The notes beneath the pieces are model-generated. The model was not told the origin of the DNA. It searched no databases and was given only the letters and a program-made list of their open reading frames with translations. From contig OZ220480.1 of NCBI GenBank assembly GCA_965116025.1, positions 1,568,001-1,632,000 on the forward strand: a stretch of 64,000 nucleotides of DNA, given 5' to 3'. The stretch comes from an uncultured candidatus Porisulfidus sp. (GTDB lineage: Bacteria > Pseudomonadota > Gammaproteobacteria > Poriferisulfidales > Poriferisulfidaceae). Shown one piece after another: positions 1 through 9,957 of the stretch; the stretch's first letter is position 1, and every line of letters starts with the position of its first letter. Made by a program: the position numbers and the translations under genes.

Positions 1-62
1 CGGCCGGACTGGAGAGTCTGGTGGAGCGGCTGACTCCGGAGGGAGGCGCGCATGCTGCTTGA
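1..62 (+). CDS. murF: 3' end of probable MurF (partial, runs off the left edge)
   Basis: Frame reads AGLESLVERLTPEGGAHAA-stop (TGA 60-62), overlapping the mraY start; murF normally precedes mraY. Confidence 0.6.
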   Translation, partial: AGLESLVERLTPEGGAHAA

Positions 63-1128
63 CTTCTTCTCCTGGCTCGAGCGGCTCGACTCCGGGTTCG
101 CGCTGTTCCAGTATCTGACGGTGCGCGGCGTTCTGGCGTTATTGACGGCGCTGGGCATCGCGCTGCTGATCGGCCCGCCGCTGATCCGTTGGCTGGAGCG
201 GCGCTCCATCGGGGAGACGGTGCGCGACGATGGCCCGGACTCGCATCGGTCCAAGGCCGGCACGCCGACCATGGGCGGCGTGCTGATCATCCTGGCTCTG
301 CTCGGCTCGACCCTGCTGTGGGGCTCTTGGGACAATCGCTATCTGTGGGCGCTGGTGGCGGTCACCGCGTTGTACGCGGCGATCGGCATGCTCGACGACT
401 TCCGCAAGTTCCGCCACGGCCGCGGCATCTCCGCGCGCTTGAAGTTCTCGCTGCAGGTCCTGGCCGGCGTCGCCGTCGCTTTCGCGCTGTACGCCAGCGC
501 GACCGATCCGGTCGAGACTCGGATGGTGTTCCCGATCATCAAGGAATGGCAGTTCGATCTCGGCTGGGCGTTCGTGCCGCTGGCCGCGTTCATGCTGGTC
601 CTGATGAGCAACGCGGTCAATCTGACCGATGGCCTGGACGGCCTCGCCATCATGCCGTCGGTGCTGATCGCGGGCGGGCTCGGGGTGTACGCGTACGCCG
701 TCGGGCATGTGGAGTTCGCCGGATATCTGGGCATCGCGCACGTCCCGCTCGCCGGCGAGATGATCGTGTATTGCGCGGCGCTGGTGGGGGCCGGGCTCGG
801 CTTTCTGTGGTTCAACACCTATCCCGCGCAGGTCTTCATGGGCGACGTCGGCGCGCTGGCGATCGGCGCCGCGCTCGGCGCGGTGGCGGTGCTGCTGCGC
901 CAGGAGATCGTGCTGGTCGTGATGGCCGGCGTGATGATGCTGGAGGTCCTGTCGGTCGTGCTGCAGGTGGTCTCGTTCCGCCTCACCGGCCGGCGCGTCT
1001 TCGCCATGGCGCCGCTGCATCACCATTTCGAGCACCGCGGTTGGGCCGAGCCCAAGATCGTGATTCGCTTCTGGGTCATCACGGTGGTGCTGGTGCTGCT
1101 GGGCCTGGCGACGCTGAAAGTCCGATGA
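52..1128 (+). CDS. mraY: Phospho-N-acetylmuramoyl-pentapeptide transferase
   Basis: KAGTPTMGG, NAVNLTDGLDGLA, FMGDVG and APLHHHFE motifs; polytopic membrane protein. Confidence 0.98.
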   Translation: MLLDFFSWLERLDSGFALFQYLTVRGVLALLTALGIALLIGPPLIRWLERRSIGETVRDDGPDSHRSKAGTPTMGGVLIILALLGSTLLWGSWDNRYLWALVAVTALYAAIGMLDDFRKFRHGRGISARLKFSLQVLAGVAVAFALYASATDPVETRMVFPIIKEWQFDLGWAFVPLAAFMLVLMSNAVNLTDGLDGLAIMPSVLIAGGLGVYAYAVGHVEFAGYLGIAHVPLAGEMIVYCAALVGAGLGFLWFNTYPAQVFMGDVGALAIGAALGAVAVLLRQEIVLVVMAGVMMLEVLSVVLQVVSFRLTGRRVFAMAPLHHHFEHRGWAEPKIVIRFWVITVVLVLLGLATLKVR

Positions 1129-2492
1129 CGGGAGAGCGCGCGCTTATGGAGACGCCCGCCGCCGCGCGCACCCTGGTCGTTGGTCTGGGGGTCACGGGCC
1201 TGTCGGTGGCGCGCCATCTGCGCCGCCGCGGCGAGCCGTTCTCGGTGTGGGACGCCGCGCCTAAGGAGCGGGCTCTGGAGCAGCTGCGCGCGCGGTGCCC
1301 GGACGCGCCGGTCAGCCGTGGCGAGCCGGACATCCGGGCGTTCGAGTCCGCGGACACCGTGATCGTGAGCCCGGGCGTGTCGCTCGATCATCCGGCGGTG
1401 CGCGCCGCGCGCGCCGCCGGCGCCAGGGTGCACGGCGATATCGAGCTGTTCGCCCACGAGGCGAACGCGCCCGTGCTCGGCGTGACCGGCAGCAACGGCA
1501 AGAGCACCGTCACGCTGATGGCGACGCATCTGCTGCGACAGGCGGGTCTCGAGGTCGAGGCTGGCGGCAACCTGGGCGCGCCCGCGCTGTCGCTGCTGCG
1601 CGATCCGGCGCCGGACGCCTACGCGCTGGAGCTGTCCAGTTTTCAGCTCGAATCGACCGAGACTCTGCGCTGCCGGGCCGCGAGCGTGCTCAACCTCAGC
1701 CCGGACCACCTTGATCGCCACGGCAGCTTCGAGGCGTACCGGCAGATCAAGCATCGACTGTATCGGCGCGCCGAGACGGCGGTGTTCAACCGCGACGATT
1801 CCGGCACCCGTCCCGGCATCGTCGCCGGGCGGACGGTCAGTTTCGGGCTTGACGCTCCGCGGCGCGACGACGAGTTCGGCCTGCGCGAGCGCGACGGGAA
1901 CGTCTGGCTGTGCCGGGGCCGGCAGGCGTTGCTGCCGGCCCGCGCGCTGCCGCTCGCGGGCCGGCACAACTGGGCCAACGCGCTCGCCGCGCTCGCGCTG
2001 GTCGAGGCGTTCGGCTTGGCTCCGGAGCGCGTGGCTTCCGCGTTGCGCTCCTTCCAGGGACCGCCGCACCGGTTGCGCCAGATCGCGGAGATCGACGGGG
2101 TGCGCTGGATCGACGATTCCAAGTCCACCAACCTGGGCGCGTTGCGGGCGGCGCTGACCGCGTCCGACCGGCCGTGCGTGCTGATCGCGGGCGGGCGGGC
2201 CAAGCGGGAGGATTTTCGACGAGTGGTGGGAGACTTGGCGCGCCGCGCGCGGGCGCTGGTGCTGTTCGGGGAGTCCGCCGCGGTCCTGGAGCGGGCCTGG
2301 TCCGATTGCGCGCCGGTGACGCGCGCGCCCGACCTCGCGCGGGCGGTGCGGGCGGCGGCGGCCCTCGCCGAGCGGGGCGATCGCGTGCTGCTGTCGCCGG
2401 GTTGCTCGAGCCACGATCAGTACGCCGGATTCGAGGAGCGTGGAGAGGATTTCGCCGCGCGGGTGCGCGCGCTCCAGGAGGAGGGCGCGTGA
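1125..2492 (+). CDS. murD: UDP-N-acetylmuramoyl-L-alanine--D-glutamate ligase
   Basis: GLGVTG, VTGSNGKST, ELSSFQL, DHLDRH, DDSKSTN, LLSPGCSSHDQY; ATGA overlap with the mraY stop. Confidence 0.97.
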   Translation: MTGERALMETPAAARTLVVGLGVTGLSVARHLRRRGEPFSVWDAAPKERALEQLRARCPDAPVSRGEPDIRAFESADTVIVSPGVSLDHPAVRAARAAGARVHGDIELFAHEANAPVLGVTGSNGKSTVTLMATHLLRQAGLEVEAGGNLGAPALSLLRDPAPDAYALELSSFQLESTETLRCRAASVLNLSPDHLDRHGSFEAYRQIKHRLYRRAETAVFNRDDSGTRPGIVAGRTVSFGLDAPRRDDEFGLRERDGNVWLCRGRQALLPARALPLAGRHNWANALAALALVEAFGLAPERVASALRSFQGPPHRLRQIAEIDGVRWIDDSKSTNLGALRAALTASDRPCVLIAGGRAKREDFRRVVGDLARRARALVLFGESAAVLERAWSDCAPVTRAPDLARAVRAAAALAERGDRVLLSPGCSSHDQYAGFEERGEDFAARVRALQEEGA

Positions 2493-3631
2493 GCGCGCGG
2501 GCGGTCGCGCCCGACCTGCGCGTCGCCGCCTTGCTGCTGGCGGTCGGGCTGGTGACCATGACCTCCGCCTCGGTGGAGATGTCGTTGAGCATGCATGGCG
2601 ACGCGCTGCATTACCTGAAGCGGCAGTTCCTGTTCGTCGCGCTCGGGGGAGCGCTGGCGCTGGCGCTGGCGCGGATCCCGCTGGACGCGCACCGCGGACT
2701 GGCTCCTTGGTACGGGGCGCTGGCGCTGGCGCTGCTGGCGCTGACGCTGGTCCCGGGGCTAGGGCATTCGGTCAACAACAGCGCGCGATGGCTGGTCCTC
2801 GGCCCGGCGCGCTTCCAGCCCTCGGAACTGATCAAGCCGGTCTTGACGCTGTGGATGGCGGCGTACGTGGCGCGGTGCGGTCCGACGCTGGAGACCCGCG
2901 CGCGCGGCGTCTTGGCGCCGCTCGGCATCGTCGGGCTCACCACGTTGCTGCTGCTGCTGCAGCCGGACTTCGGCACCGCCTGCGTGATCGCGGCCACCGC
3001 GCTGTGCGTGCTGTTCCTGTGCGGTGGCTACTTGCGCGCGCTGTTCGGGTGCGCGCTGTGCGCTACGGTCGCGATGGGCGGACTGGCGGTCGCCGCGCCA
3101 TACCGGCTGGCGCGCATCCAGTCGTTCCTCGACCCGTGGGCCGACCCGTTCGGTGGCGGCTATCAGCTGACCCAGTCGCTGATCGCGATCGGGAGCGGCG
3201 GGACCTGGGGCCGGGGGCTCGGCGAGGGGGTGCAGAAGCATTTCTACTTGCCGGAGATGCACACCGATTTCGTGTTCGCGGTGGCGGCCGAGGAGCTGGG
3301 CCTGGTTGGGGCCATGGCGATCATTCTTCTGTTCGCGGCGTTTCTGATCGTCGCGTTTCGCGTCGCCCGCCAAGCGCAGGCGCGCGAGCGGCGCATGGCC
3401 GCGGCGGTCGCCTACGGGATCGGCTTGTGGATCGGCCTGCAGGCCTTCGTCAACATCGCGGTGAACATGGGTGCGTTGCCGACCAAGGGGCTGACGTTGC
3501 CCTTGATGAGCGCCGGCGGCAGCTCGATGGTCGCGACGCTCGCCGGTCTCGGCCTGCTGTGGCGCGCCCGCCACGAGGCGGAGGGCCCGCCGGCGCGGCG
3601 TGGCGCGGCGCGCCGCGGGAGGATCGCGTGA
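2489..3631 (+). CDS. ftsW: SEDS peptidoglycan polymerase FtsW
   Basis: FQPSELIK, LQPDFGT, YLPEMHTDFVF, LPTKGLTLPLMSAGGSS; GTGA overlap start. Confidence 0.97.
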   Translation: MSARAVAPDLRVAALLLAVGLVTMTSASVEMSLSMHGDALHYLKRQFLFVALGGALALALARIPLDAHRGLAPWYGALALALLALTLVPGLGHSVNNSARWLVLGPARFQPSELIKPVLTLWMAAYVARCGPTLETRARGVLAPLGIVGLTTLLLLLQPDFGTACVIAATALCVLFLCGGYLRALFGCALCATVAMGGLAVAAPYRLARIQSFLDPWADPFGGGYQLTQSLIAIGSGGTWGRGLGEGVQKHFYLPEMHTDFVFAVAAEELGLVGAMAIILLFAAFLIVAFRVARQAQARERRMAAAVAYGIGLWIGLQAFVNIAVNMGALPTKGLTLPLMSAGGSSMVATLAGLGLLWRARHEAEGPPARRGAARRGRIA

Positions 3632-4689
3632 GCGCGCGGCCCGTCCTGATCTTGGCGGGCGGCACGGGCGGCCATGTGTTTCCGGCGTTGGCGGTCGCGG
3701 AGCGCCTGCGCGCGCGCGGCGTGCCGGTCCAGTGGGTCGGGACCCGGGCCGGACTGGAGGCGCGGCTGGCGCCTCAGGCCGGCTTCCCGATGATCTGGAT
3801 GCCGCTGCGCGCGCCGAGCCGGCGCGGTCCGCTCGGCCTGCTTGGCGTGGCGCCGCGGCTGCTTTGGTCGGTAGGTTTCGGAGTCGTCCAGCTGTTGCGG
3901 CTCCGCCCGGCGGCGGCGCTGGGCATGGGTGGCTACGCGTCGTCCGCGATGGCGGTGGCGGCGGCGCTGTGCCGGGTGCCTCTGATCGTGCATGAGCAGA
4001 ACGCGGTGGCCGGTCTCACCAACCGCGCGCTGGCCCGCTTCGCGACGCGCGTGCTGCTTGGCTTTCCCGAGGCGCGCGGCATTCGCGGCGGATTCCACGC
4101 GGGAAATCCCGTCCGCGACTCGTTGCGCGCGCGGCCGTTGCCGGAAGAGGACCCGGGCCGCCCGTTGCGCCTGCTCGTGGTCGGCGGCAGCCAAGGCGCC
4201 GAGGTTTTCAATCGCGTGCTTCCAATAGCCTTGCGCATGATGCCCGAAGAGCGCCGCCCCGCGGTCTGGCACCAGACCGGCCGCGAGCCGGCGCTGGTCG
4301 CCCAGCGGTATCCCCGGGAGATGGACCTCCGGGTCGATTCCTTCATCAAGGAGATGGACGAGGCGTACGCGTGGGCCGATCTGGCGCTGGCGCGGGCCGG
4401 GGCGATGACCTTGGCCGAGCTGGCGGCGAGCGCGCGCGGCGCCTTGCTGGTGCCGTACCCCCACGCCGCGGACGGCCATCAGGCCGAGAACGCCCGGCGC
4501 CACGCCATGGGCGGCGCGGCCGAGGTCTGGACGGAGGAGGAGTTCACTCCGCAACGGCTGACGCTTTGGCTGGTCGAGCTGGCCCAGGACTATCCGCGCC
4601 TCGTCCGCATGAGCCGCGCCGCTTCGCGCGAGGCCCGTCCGGAAGCGGCGAACGACGTCGCCGAATGCCTGCTGGAGTTCTGCGCGTGA
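3628..4689 (+). CDS. murG: Lipid II synthase glycosyltransferase MurG
   Basis: AGGTGGHVFPAL, HEQNAVAG, GGSQGA, RAGAMTLAE; GTGA overlap start. Confidence 0.97.
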   Translation: MSARPVLILAGGTGGHVFPALAVAERLRARGVPVQWVGTRAGLEARLAPQAGFPMIWMPLRAPSRRGPLGLLGVAPRLLWSVGFGVVQLLRLRPAAALGMGGYASSAMAVAAALCRVPLIVHEQNAVAGLTNRALARFATRVLLGFPEARGIRGGFHAGNPVRDSLRARPLPEEDPGRPLRLLVVGGSQGAEVFNRVLPIALRMMPEERRPAVWHQTGREPALVAQRYPREMDLRVDSFIKEMDEAYAWADLALARAGAMTLAELAASARGALLVPYPHAADGHQAENARRHAMGGAAEVWTEEEFTPQRLTLWLVELAQDYPRLVRMSRAASREARPEAANDVAECLLEFCA

Positions 4690-6110
4690 GTCCCTTGCGC
4701 CGACGCATGCCGATGCGCAACGTTCGCCGGGTCCATTTCGTCGGCGTCGGCGGGGCGGGCATGAGCGGCCTCGCCGAGGCGTTGCGCGGCCTGGGCTACG
4801 CGGTCTCCGGCAGCGACTTGCGGGAGAACGCGCAGACCCGGCGCTTGCGCGGGCTAGGGGCGGAGATCCGAGTCGGACACGGCGCCGCGGCGGTCGCCGG
4901 TGCCGACGTGGTGGTGGTGTCCAGCGCCGTGGCGCCCGATAACCCTGAATGGGAGGCCGCGCGCGACGCGCGCGTCCCGGTCATCCCGCGCGCGGCGATG
5001 CTCGGCGAGCTGATGCGCTTCAGCCACGGCGTCGCCGTGGCTGGCTCCCATGGCAAGACCACCACCAGCAGTCTGGTCACGCACCTGCTGACCGAGGCCG
5101 GCCTGGGCCCGAGCGCCATCATCGGCGGGCGCCTCCAGCGCGGCGACGCGCACGCCACGCTGGGAGAGGGCGACTGCCTGGTCTGCGAGGCCGACGAGAG
5201 CGACGCCTCCTTTCTGCACCTCAGCCCGCTGGTCGCGGTGGTGACCGGCATCGACGACGACCATCTGGACAACTACGGCGGCGACATCGAGCGGTTGGCG
5301 GAGGCCTATCTCGGCTTTTTGCGGAACCTCCCGTTCTATGGGCTCGCGGTGCTGTGCGCGGACGACGCGCGCCTGGCCGCCTTGCGCGCGGATCTGGGTC
5401 GCCAGATCGCGAGCTACGCCATCGACGATCCGACCGCCGACCTGCGCGCCGTTGATCTCGCGCCGGACGCCGCCGGCGTCGCCTTCACCATTCGCGTCCG
5501 GGACTCCGGGGAGGTGGTCCGAACGCGCCTCGCGCTGCCCGGCGCGCACAACGTTCGCAACGCGCTGGCGGCGGCGGCGGTGGCGCGGGATCTGGACGTT
5601 CCGCTTGACGATATCGCCTCTTCGCTGGAGAGTTTCGGCGGCATCGCCCGGCGCTTCGAGCGGCGCGGGGTCCTGCCCGGCGGCGACGATATCCTGTGGG
5701 TGGACGATTACGGACATCACCCGACCGAGATCGAGGCGACCCTGGAAGCGGCGCGGGAGACGTATCCCGGACGCCGGATCGTCCTGGCGTTCCAGCCGCA
5801 TCGGCACACGCGCACGCGAGACCTTCTCGACTCGCTCGCGCGCGCGCTGGCCCGGGCCGACGCGTTGCTTCTGCTGGACGTGTACCCGGCCGGCGAGGCG
5901 CCGATCCTGGGAGCGGACAGCGACTCGCTGGCCCGGGCGCTGGAGAAGATGGGTGGGGAGGTCGCGCGCGCCGCGGGCGAGGAGGAGCTGGTTCCGGCGT
6001 TGCGCGCGCTCGCGCGTCCGGGCGACCTGCTGCTGACCATGGGCGCGGGCAGCATCGAGAGCTGGGCCGCGCGGCTGCCCGCGCGGTTCGCCCAGAGGAG
6101 CGCGTCGTGA
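4686..6110 (+). CDS. murC: UDP-N-acetylmuramate--L-alanine ligase
   Basis: HFVGVGGAGMSG, GSHGKTTT, EADESD, DDYGHHPTE, FQPHR; the start could be a slightly later ATG. Confidence 0.97.
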   Translation: MSPLRRRMPMRNVRRVHFVGVGGAGMSGLAEALRGLGYAVSGSDLRENAQTRRLRGLGAEIRVGHGAAAVAGADVVVVSSAVAPDNPEWEAARDARVPVIPRAAMLGELMRFSHGVAVAGSHGKTTTSSLVTHLLTEAGLGPSAIIGGRLQRGDAHATLGEGDCLVCEADESDASFLHLSPLVAVVTGIDDDHLDNYGGDIERLAEAYLGFLRNLPFYGLAVLCADDARLAALRADLGRQIASYAIDDPTADLRAVDLAPDAAGVAFTIRVRDSGEVVRTRLALPGAHNVRNALAAAAVARDLDVPLDDIASSLESFGGIARRFERRGVLPGGDDILWVDDYGHHPTEIEATLEAARETYPGRRIVLAFQPHRHTRTRDLLDSLARALARADALLLLDVYPAGEAPILGADSDSLARALEKMGGEVARAAGEEELVPALRALARPGDLLLTMGAGSIESWAARLPARFAQRSAS

Positions 6111-6994
6111 CGCGGGCGGGCGAGATCGCTGGAGAGGCGCTGCGGGCGCCGATGGCGGAGCGCACCACTTGGCGCTGCGGCGGCGCCGCGGACCGCGTGT
6201 TCGCGCCGGGCAGCGTGGACGAGCTGAGCGCCTATCTGGCCGGCCTGCCCGCGGACGCGTCCGTGACTTGGCTCGGTCGAGGCAGCAACGTGCTGATTCG
6301 CGACGGTGGCCTGCGCGGGGTGGTCATCCAATTGCGCGAGCCCTTGTCCGAGATCGCGCTGGATCCGCCACGGGTCCGCGCCCAGGGCGGCGCCCTCTGC
6401 GCTCGCCTGGCCGCGACCACCGCGCGGGCCGGCCTCGCGGGGCTGGAATTTCTGGCGGGCATTCCCGGGACGGTCGGCGGCGCCTTGGCGATGAACGCCG
6501 GCGCGTACGGGAGCGAGCTGTGGGAGTTCGTGGAGTCGATCGAGACCTTGGACCGGCGAGGCGTCCGCCATGATTTCGCGGCCGGGGAGATCGCGGTCGG
6601 CTACCGCTTCGCCAGAATTCCCGCGGGCCACGGCGTGGTGGCCGGCGTCTTCCGCGTCCGTCCAGACGCGGATCCGGATCGTCCGCCGCGACGGCTGCGG
6701 CGACTGATGGAGCGGCGCCGCGCGACCCAGCCGGTGGCGCTTCCCAGCGGAGGCTCGGTGTTTCGCAACCCTCCCGGCGATCACGCCGCGCGCTTGATCG
6801 AGGAGGCCGGTCTCAAGGGCTGTCGCGTCGGCGCCGCCGAGGTGAGCCGCGCGCACGCCAACTTCATCGTCCACGAGGGGGCGGCGCGCGCCGCCGACGT
6901 CGAGCGGCTGATCGAGCGAGTCCGGGACGAGGTCGAGCGGCGCAGCGGGGTGCGCTTGGAACTCGAGGTGCGCATCCTGGGGGAGGCGGCGTGA
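6107..6994 (+). CDS. murB: UDP-N-acetylenolpyruvoylglucosamine reductase
   Basis: GRGSNVLIRDGG, GIPGTVGGALAMNAGAYG, GSVFRNP, HANFIV, LELEV. Confidence 0.97.
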   Translation: MTRAGEIAGEALRAPMAERTTWRCGGAADRVFAPGSVDELSAYLAGLPADASVTWLGRGSNVLIRDGGLRGVVIQLREPLSEIALDPPRVRAQGGALCARLAATTARAGLAGLEFLAGIPGTVGGALAMNAGAYGSELWEFVESIETLDRRGVRHDFAAGEIAVGYRFARIPAGHGVVAGVFRVRPDADPDRPPRRLRRLMERRRATQPVALPSGGSVFRNPPGDHAARLIEEAGLKGCRVGAAEVSRAHANFIVHEGAARAADVERLIERVRDEVERRSGVRLELEVRILGEAA

Positions 6995-7926
6995 GCGGGA
7001 TGGGGCGCGTCGCGGTGCTGATGGGCGGCTGGTCTGAGGAGCGTCCGATCTCGCTGGCCTCCGGGCGCTGCGCGGCCGCGGCGCTGCGCGGCCGCGGAAT
7101 CGAGGTCGAGGAGGTCGACTTGCGGCGCGAGACCTTGCCGCGCCTGGCCGAGCGAGGCTTCGACCGCTGCTTCTTGGCCCTGCATGGCGTCGGAGGCGAG
7201 GACGGCGAGGTGCAGCGGGCGCTGGAGGAGATGGGCCTGCCGTACACCGGCAGCGGCCCGGAAGGCTCGCGCGCGTGCATGGACAAGATGGAGACGAAGA
7301 GACGGTGGTGGCGGGCTGGCCTGCCGACCCCGAAGGCCTTGGTCGCGGAGCCGGACCGCCTGGACGAGCAACGCGCGGAACTGGGTCTGCCGCTGGTGGT
7401 CAAGCCGGTGGACCAGGGATCCAGCATTGGCCTGCTCCTCGCGCGCGAGGCGGAGGAGCTCGCGCCGGCCGTCGCGGAGGCCCTTAGGCACGGCTCGCGG
7501 GTTTTGCTGGAGCGGCGGGTGCGCGGCGCCGAGTACACGGTCGGAATCTTGGAGGGCGAGACGCTGCCGCTGATCCGCCTGCGCCCGCGGGGCGACCTTT
7601 TCGACTATCGGGCCAAGTACGAGTCCGGCGACACGCGCTACGACGTTCCTTGCGGCCTGCCTCGGGCGATGGAGGACGAGCTGGCGGCGCTGGCGCGGCG
7701 CGCCTTCGAGAGCGCCGGCGCGGAGGGTTATGGTCGGGTGGATCTGATGCTCGACGAGCTGGACCGGCCGTGGCTGCTCGAGGTCAACACCGCGCCCGGC
7801 CTGCGTCGCCACAGCCTGCTGCCGATGGCGGCGGCCGCGGCGGGGATGGAGTACGAGGATTTGATCGCGCGCATGCTGGAGACCTCCCGCGCGCGGGAGT
7901 CCGTGGGAGAGCCCGCCCATGGCTAG
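6991..7926 (+). CDS. ddl: D-alanine--D-alanine ligase
   Basis: GGWSEERPISLASG, LHGVGGEDG, KPVDQGSSIG, YRAKY, LEVNTAPG. Confidence 0.97.
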   Translation: MSGMGRVAVLMGGWSEERPISLASGRCAAAALRGRGIEVEEVDLRRETLPRLAERGFDRCFLALHGVGGEDGEVQRALEEMGLPYTGSGPEGSRACMDKMETKRRWWRAGLPTPKALVAEPDRLDEQRAELGLPLVVKPVDQGSSIGLLLAREAEELAPAVAEALRHGSRVLLERRVRGAEYTVGILEGETLPLIRLRPRGDLFDYRAKYESGDTRYDVPCGLPRAMEDELAALARRAFESAGAEGYGRVDLMLDELDRPWLLEVNTAPGLRRHSLLPMAAAAAGMEYEDLIARMLETSRARESVGEPAHG

Positions 7927-8623
7927 CGCGCCCGAATCCGGTCGGATGACGCGCTGGGTCGGCGTGGGCGTCGCGCTCGGCCTGGGGGCCGCCGGCGGCC
8001 TGTGGCTGATTGATCCGGCGAACCTGCCGATCCGCCAGATCGCCCTGCACGGAGCCTTGCGGCACTTGGAGCCCGTCGCGTTGCGGGGGATCCTCGTCGA
8101 CGCGCTGGACGGCAACATGCTGACCCAGGACCTGCCCGCTCTGGAGCGCAGGCTGGAGCGCGAGGCCTGGGTGCGCGAGGCGCGGATCCAGCGGCGCTGG
8201 CCGGCCGCGCTGAGGATCGAGCTCGTCGAGCAGGTTCCGGTCGCGCGCTGGGCGGCGGGTGGACTGCTGAACGACCAAGGTGAGCGATTCCTCCGCGATG
8301 GCGGCGCGGATCTGCCGCTGCTCGAGCTCGCGGGGGAGCCGGGGCGCGAGGCGGCGCTATTGGCCGCCGCGCGGCGGATCCGGACGATGCTGGAGCCGAG
8401 CGGGCTGCGCTTGGCGCGGCTGGAGGAAAGCCGGTCCCGCTCGCTGCGACTCGCGACGAGCTCGGGCCTGCGCGTCGCGCTCGGGCGAGTCCGCCCGCTC
8501 GGGCGCCTCGCGCGCTGGCTGCGCTACTACGAGTCGTACGCCCGCGTCCGTCGCGCCCGCGACGAGATCATCGACTTGCGCTACCCGAACGGGTTCGCGG
8601 TCCGAACCATAGCCGAATCCTAG
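7919..8623 (+). CDS. ftsQ: Cell division protein FtsQ
   Basis: N-terminal TM helix, POTRA region (RRWPAALRIELVEQVPVARW), DLRYPNGFAV; lies between ddl and ftsA. Confidence 0.93.
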   Translation: MASAPESGRMTRWVGVGVALGLGAAGGLWLIDPANLPIRQIALHGALRHLEPVALRGILVDALDGNMLTQDLPALERRLEREAWVREARIQRRWPAALRIELVEQVPVARWAAGGLLNDQGERFLRDGGADLPLLELAGEPGREAALLAAARRIRTMLEPSGLRLARLEESRSRSLRLATSSGLRVALGRVRPLGRLARWLRYYESYARVRRARDEIIDLRYPNGFAVRTIAES

Positions 8624-8635
8624 GAGGAGACCCTG

Positions 8636-9928
8636 ATGAGCCATCCGAATTCCGCCGTCCTGCCGCTGCGTCCGAAGCGGCCCGGACCCCTCGCGCGCCT
8701 GTTCTCGGCGTTCGCGTCCCGTCGCGCCAGCCCGGACCACCTGGTCGCGCTCGACATCGGCACGTCCCGCGTGGTGGTGATGGTCGCGCGCCGGGGGGAA
8801 GACGAGCGTCTTGAGGTCGTCGGTTGCGGCAGCGCCGCCTCGAGCGGGCTCAAGGCCGGCATGGTGGTCAACATCGAGGAGACGGTGGAGTCGATCCGCC
8901 AGGCCGTGGAGGAGGCCGAGGCGATGACCGACGTCGCCATCCGCCACGTCAACGTCGGCATCGCCGGCAGCCACATTCACAGCCTCAACGTCAACGGCGC
9001 CATCCCGGTGCGCGAGAGCGAGATCACGGCCGCGGTGGTCGAGCGGGTGCTCGACGCGGCCAGCGCGGTGAAGCTCGCCGACGACAAGCGCATCCTGCAT
9101 GTGCTGCCGCAGGAGTACGCGATCGACGAGCAGTACGGCATCCGCGCCCCGCTGGGGATGGCCGGGGTGCGTCTGGACGCGCGCGCGCATCTGGTCACCG
9201 CCGGCGCGGGGGCCCTGCACAACTTGGTCAAGTGCGCGCGCCACTGCGACCTGGTCGTCGACCACGTGGTGCTGGAGCAGCTCGCGTCCAGCGAGGCGGT
9301 GCTGACCCCGGACGAGCGCGAGCTGGGGGTCTGCCTGGTCGATATCGGGGGCGGCACCTCGGACCTCGCCGTGTTCCACGCCGGCGCCATCCATCACACC
9401 ACCACCATTCCGATGGCCGGCGACCACGTCAACCGTGACATCGCGATCGCCCTGAGCACCCGGGTGCGGGACGCCGAGCAGCTCAAGATCGAGCACGGCC
9501 GCGCCCTCAGCGACCCGAAGCGGGACGACCAGATCCTGGAGGTGCCGGGGCTCGGCGGGCGGCCGCCCGCGCAGTTGCGCGGCTCGGTGCTGGTGGACAT
9601 CATCCGCCCGCGCTACATGGAGCTGTTCGAGTTGATCAACGACGAGCTGCGCCGCTGCGGCTACTACGACAAGATCGAGGGCGCCGGGCTGGTGCTGACC
9701 GGTGGCGGGGCGATGGTGCGGGATCTGGACCTGCTGGCCGAGGAGGCGTTCGGGCGCCCGGTTCGGGTGGGCGGGCCCCGAGGGCCACGGCTCCACGACG
9801 AGCGCTTCCAGCGACCCGAGTACGCGACCGGAATCGGGTTGCTGACCTACCACGATCCGGCGCGGCCGGAGCCGGGACGCGCGACCGGGGTCGACGCCTG
9901 GCGGCGCCGCGTTCTTTCCTGGATTTAA
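8636..9928 (+). CDS. ftsA: Cell division protein FtsA
   Basis: ALDIGTS, VDIGGGTSD, VLTGGGA, YATGIGLL; strong RBS AGGAGG upstream. Confidence 0.97.
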   Translation: MSHPNSAVLPLRPKRPGPLARLFSAFASRRASPDHLVALDIGTSRVVVMVARRGEDERLEVVGCGSAASSGLKAGMVVNIEETVESIRQAVEEAEAMTDVAIRHVNVGIAGSHIHSLNVNGAIPVRESEITAAVVERVLDAASAVKLADDKRILHVLPQEYAIDEQYGIRAPLGMAGVRLDARAHLVTAGAGALHNLVKCARHCDLVVDHVVLEQLASSEAVLTPDERELGVCLVDIGGGTSDLAVFHAGAIHHTTTIPMAGDHVNRDIAIALSTRVRDAEQLKIEHGRALSDPKRDDQILEVPGLGGRPPAQLRGSVLVDIIRPRYMELFELINDELRRCGYYDKIEGAGLVLTGGGAMVRDLDLLAEEAFGRPVRVGGPRGPRLHDERFQRPEYATGIGLLTYHDPARPEPGRATGVDAWRRRVLSWI

Positions 9929-9957
9929 CTTTCATCACAACTTGGAGAATTAGGAAA

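Noticed and set aside
189-4689. Apparent giant versions of MurD (767 aa), FtsW (573 aa) and MurG (749 aa) in the ORF track
   Set aside because: Upstream extensions are open-frame artefacts; the real starts are ATGA/GTGA overlaps at 1125, 2489 and 3628
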